A DNA stretch of 64,000 bases. Source: Squalus acanthias. Taxonomy: Eukaryota. The translations under genes and the position numbers were made by a program. The stretch spans positions 620,001 through 684,000 of the forward strand of contig JASTWF010000035.1 in the NCBI GenBank assembly GCA_030390025.1, read 5' to 3'. The notes beneath the pieces are model-generated. The model worked only from the letters and a program-made list of their open reading frames with translations, was not told where the DNA came from and ran no database searches. Below are positions 59,928 to 64,000 of the stretch, piece after piece. Position 1 is the stretch's first letter; every line of letters starts with the position of its first letter.

Positions 59928-61739
59928 ATGGCGACCGCGGCAGGACACTGGCAGCGAGAGGGTAGTGTGTTAGACTTTGGAATGACTGTACGAAATGTTA
60001 TGCAGGAAAAGATAGCAGATTATGTGTTCGGAAAGGTTAATCTAACTAAGAAGTGGATAAGTGAATTGTTAGCGGATAAAAGCCCGCTAGAGGCAGCCGA
60101 AAGGTGGACAGATAGTAAAGAACATAAAAAGACACTTGAGAAAGCAGTCTGGCTTATGTGTTACAAAAGGCAGGTTCAGATTTCAAACCAGACCATTACA
60201 GCGCTAGTAGCTCGAATCAGTCACTTAGAGGGAGAAATGGATGAGAAGGTTTCTGGAGGGGAGGTGCTCATTAAGAATTTAAATGAGTTGCACCAAGAAA
60301 GCCAGGAAATCTCCAGTCACCTTAAAACAAGGATAGATTATCTCGAGTGCCAGGTCACTGAGGCAAAGTTGAATGAGAGCAGGTTAAAGGAAAGATGTAA
60401 CCGCCAAGCTGCCCAGATAAGAACTCAAGAAGAGAGCTTAACGGGGGTTAGGGCGGCATATAAGTTGGCCCTTGAGGATAAGTTTGAGGGAGCCGACCAT
60501 AGCGCCTGCCAAAGGGAGATAGAGCACTTCAAGAAGGCCGTAAACAAAGCGAACGGCATGGTGTGCCTGATCAGTCCGTCAGCACACCAGCCGTTAGTAG
60601 GTGAGAAGTTTAAGAAATCCCCACCAAGCAAAGCAGAAGAAGTAGTAGCCACTGCGCCCTCCGCGCCACCCAGCTATTCGGAAACCTGGGTAAGGGAGGA
60701 AGCAATGGAAGAAACAAAAGAGCCCATTGAAAAAGAAGTAGGAAAGGGACCGTTGTATCCAGTAACGGGTATTAAAAGGGGCCCAAACAGAAATGGTGGG
60801 GAAGAACCGGGGGATCTCCTCGGACAGCTGGTGTTGCCTCACAGCTCACATCAGCTGAGAGCTATGATAAATCACGTACGGAAGCTGACCGAGTCAGACG
60901 ACCCTTCCGTACATTTCAGAGAAGTTGAGCAAGCCGCAGCCATTAACGGCTGCGATGATGGGGAGACAGCAAAAATGCTGCTGTTCTCATTAGACAGCTC
61001 GGTCCTTCAGTGTCTCTCGGGCGAGAGCAAGAGGGGAACCAAGACTTATGAGGAATTGAGGGACGAGGTCCTGGAAGTGTTGGGGGCAAACGATGAAGGT
61101 CCGTTTGCTAGAGTGGGACAGACAGTGCAGATGGAGGGAGAACCCCCGAAGGTTTTTGCCGACAGGCTGTGGCCAGTATATGAGCGCAGCTGCCTAGGTG
61201 CGCCCGAGCGCGAAGATGTGGAAGGCACCGCTTTAACTCATTGGCTTAGGTGCATAATAGCCAACAGTTTACCAGCCGTCAGAGAGCAGGCAAAAGCATG
61301 GTTTGATCCCAATGACCCCAACATTACGGAAGAGTCGGTCTTGAATCGACTCACGTTAGGATATCGCAATATAAGGGGTATGGCAACACGTCCCCTTAAG
61401 GGAAGAGTACATGAGGTACGACCCGCAGCCCCGTATCAAAGAGAGTGGCATCAGGAGGGTAATCGCGCCCCACAGGCAGGTAATGCTTGTTACGGGTGTG
61501 GGAAGACAGGGCACTGGCGCAAGCATTGCAGGAACCCTTGGAAGGATTCCAAGGATAAAAATCCCGCGGTCCGAGCCCAGGCGCCTGTCCCGGCTAAGGA
61601 AGCTAAGGCACCCACCCCTCCCGACGACCTCGAAGTAGTGTTAGGAGCCATGCGCAATCTAATCTTGAGTGCACGTGGACAGGTGGCGGTCGCAACCGGC
61701 CCCGTAGGTGCCGCAGGACCGTCTAATAGTACCCCATGA
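59928..61739 (+). CDS. gag: Gag polyprotein, 603 aa, copy D
   Basis: Intact ORF with CCHC knuckle at 61488-61529. Confidence 0.93.
   Translation: MATAAGHWQREGSVLDFGMTVRNVMQEKIADYVFGKVNLTKKWISELLADKSPLEAAERWTDSKEHKKTLEKAVWLMCYKRQVQISNQTITALVARISHLEGEMDEKVSGGEVLIKNLNELHQESQEISSHLKTRIDYLECQVTEAKLNESRLKERCNRQAAQIRTQEESLTGVRAAYKLALEDKFEGADHSACQREIEHFKKAVNKANGMVCLISPSAHQPLVGEKFKKSPPSKAEEVVATAPSAPPSYSETWVREEAMEETKEPIEKEVGKGPLYPVTGIKRGPNRNGGEEPGDLLGQLVLPHSSHQLRAMINHVRKLTESDDPSVHFREVEQAAAINGCDDGETAKMLLFSLDSSVLQCLSGESKRGTKTYEELRDEVLEVLGANDEGPFARVGQTVQMEGEPPKVFADRLWPVYERSCLGAPEREDVEGTALTHWLRCIIANSLPAVREQAKAWFDPNDPNITEESVLNRLTLGYRNIRGMATRPLKGRVHEVRPAAPYQREWHQEGNRAPQAGNACYGCGKTGHWRKHCRNPWKDSKDKNPAVRAQAPVPAKEAKAPTPPDDLEVVLGAMRNLILSARGQVAVATGPVGAAGPSNSTP
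59929..59946 (+). promoter_or_regulatory. Primer binding site (tRNA-Ser-like), copy D
   Basis: TGGCGACCGCGGCAGGAC after the LTR end plus GAAAA. Confidence 0.65.
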
Positions 61740-64000
61740 CTAGAACCGGCGCAGCCCGTCTCCCTGTGTCCGCTTAGCTATGATGCGTGGAAGCGACCTT
61801 TGGTGGAGATGGAGGTAGAGAAACAGAGGGGTAGTTATTTGTTGGACACGGGAGCTTCTTGCACCATAATCCATACAGATAACCCTTTTGACTCGCCGCT
61901 ATCTACCAAGGTCCCATTCACGTTAGCGGGGTTCACAGGAAAAGAACAGGCTGGCACGTTTTCCCTTCCGCTATCCATTCGTTTAGGAACACTTCGCCTT
62001 AAGTGGAAGTGTATACTGATGGCATGGCAGGAGGGGGGTGGAAGAGGTATTCTCGGGTCTGATCTCCTATCGGGACACGGGATCCTCGTGGACCTCAGAA
62101 ATCACTGTCTCTGGGGGGCTAAAGGTGAAAAAGGCGAGGTAATAGTGATTCCGGGGGAGGAAGAAACAGGGGTCCTGTGTACCGTACAGCCATCCGGAGG
62201 CTACGACCTCAGGCTTATGGTCGCAGATGTCCCAACGGACATGCAAACGTACGTGTCAGATAATATGCACGCGTTTGCAACCCACAAGCACGATTGTGGG
62301 AGAGTGGTCGGGTTTGAGGTCAGCGTAGATGGGGACCCCATGACCCGACCCCAAAAGCAGTATAACTTCCCCAAAGAAGCAGAACCCGATATGGAGACAG
62401 CAATGTCCTCCTTGGTGCAGCAGGGCGTGTTGAGGCCGATAGCCACACACGTGAACTCCCCATTATGGCCGGTTAGGAAGCCGGATAATTCGTGGAGAGC
62501 CACGGTGGACTACAGAGTCCTTAACAGTAACATTCCCGCCTGCGCGCCCACGGTAGCAGCAGTTGCTGACCTAATAGGGAGCATCCCAGCGTCCGCGACC
62601 ACGTTCACGGTGCTGGATATCTCGAACGGTTTTTGGTCCATCCCGCTGCGGCGAGAGGACCAGTACAAGTTTGCCTTTACTTTCAAAGGACAACAGTACA
62701 CATGGAACTGTCTGCCACAGGGTTTCCACAATAGCCCCAGTATTTTCCATCAGTGTATGGCAGGAAGTTTAAAGGAGTTTAGTCAGCCCAATCAGATAGT
62801 GCAGTATGTGGATGATTTGCTCCTATTTACGGACTCAAGGGAGGAGCATGGACCACTACTGGACGAGTTGTTGGAGCTGTTAGCAAGAAAGGGTTTTAAA
62901 ATAAACCCTAAGAAAGCACGTATCGGTCAGCGGGAAGTAAAATTCCTGGGACTGACCATACGCGCTGGGGAAAGAGCCATAGACAAAGCAAGGAGGGAGT
63001 CGGTGCAAGAATTACCGATTCCCAACAACGTAAGGGGTGTGAGGTCCTTCTTGGGACTGACCGGTTACTGCAGGGATTTTATCGAAGATTATGCGGCCAC
63101 AGCAGCGCCGCTCCTCCGACTCCTCCATAAGGGGGTGGAGTGGTCTTGGGACGAGGGCTGCCAAGCAGCCTTCGAGAAGTTAAAAAGGGATCTGCAGACC
63201 GCGCCAGCCTTAGGGGCCATAGATGGGGGGAAGGAGTTTTTCCTGGAGGTAGCTGCCAGCGGAGACAGCTTAAGCGCCGTACTGCTCCAAGAGCGTCACG
63301 GCAAGCTGAGGCCGGTTGTCTATTCATCCAGGGTGTTAACGGATGTGGAGAGAAGTTTCTCCAATTGCGAAAGGCACCTTTTAGCCACGCATTGGGCTGT
63401 GAAAAGATCAGCGATCTTCACAGGGCTCTCTCCCATCACTCTCCTCACACATCACACACCAACTAAGATGCTTCTGGATGGGAGGATTAAAGACGGGACC
63501 GTAAGCAGCGCGCGCATTGCGCGTTGGACCCTTCTTCTCTCCCAGTTGGATCTTAGAGTAAAAGGTCTTTGCGAGCCCAGGCTTGCGGCCAATTTGGTAT
63601 ACCCCGGTACAGCCCACCGGTGTTCGGTGGAAGGGGTGTGGGACGTCAACATAGGTTTACGGGCCGGGATACATCCCACTGGGCGCGAGATTTATGTTGA
63701 TGGGTCTAGCACAGTATCTGCTGGCGAGCGACTCACAGGGTGTGGAGTTTATGACCCTGCGGCAGACCTTGCCCTGGCGATCAAGCTCCCTAGCACCATG
63801 AGCGCGCAGCAAGCTGAGCTGTCTGCCGTGGTGTACGTTGTGACCCACCCAGACATTTTCCCAACCCCATACACGATTTGCTCGGACAGTATGTTCACCT
63901 GCAATTCGTGCACGGAATACCTGGCCATTTGGTCCCGCCGTGGATACACCTCCGCGGACGGGCGACCTTTAACGGTGAAGCCCTTGCTGGAAAAGATCTT
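61740..64000 (+). CDS. pol: Pol, partial (PR, RT, tether, part of RNase H), copy D
   Basis: In frame after the gag TGA: LEPAQPVSLCPLSYDAWKRPLVEMEVEKQRGSYLLDTGAS... Truncated by the window edge. Confidence 0.9.

Larger units (their letters stand above)
58300..64000 (+). mobile_element. Endogenous retrovirus copy D (5' LTR-gag-partial pol; runs off right edge), opposite orientation
   Basis: LTR 58300-59923 abutting satellite, PBS, intact gag, open pol. Confidence 0.95.

Overview
Eukaryotic (vertebrate) heterochromatin-like DNA with no host genes; the CR1 LINEs suggest a cartilaginous fish, but that is inference. A single 19-bp satellite array (monomer CACTGTAC[A/T]CCTCTCCCTT, about 28 kb in three blocks) has been invaded by four copies of one young endogenous retrovirus family and two CR1 LINEs. 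The retrovirus has 1.6-1.7 kb TGTA...TACA LTRs, a 4-bp TSD, a tRNA-Ser-like PBS overlapping the gag ATG, and a 603-aa Gag with a coiled coil, overlapping PSAP/PPSY late domains and one CCHC knuckle. Pol (PR-RT-tether-RNaseH-IN plus a ~280-aa tail) follows gag in frame after a single UGA-CUAG stop. The 836-aa Env lacks the gamma-type CX6CC motif and has a paramyxovirus-F-like TM subunit plus an apparent Ig-like domain, which fits a lokiretrovirus-like lineage. Copy A (1-5962, minus) is nested in the env of copy B (5963-15714, minus). Copy C (19562-32024, minus) is a two-LTR provirus with intact env, pol replaced in frame by a foreign Gag-like coiled-coil fragment, and gag split by a CR1. Copy D (58300 to the window end, plus) is open as far as visible. 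The long ORFs over the satellite are translation artefacts.
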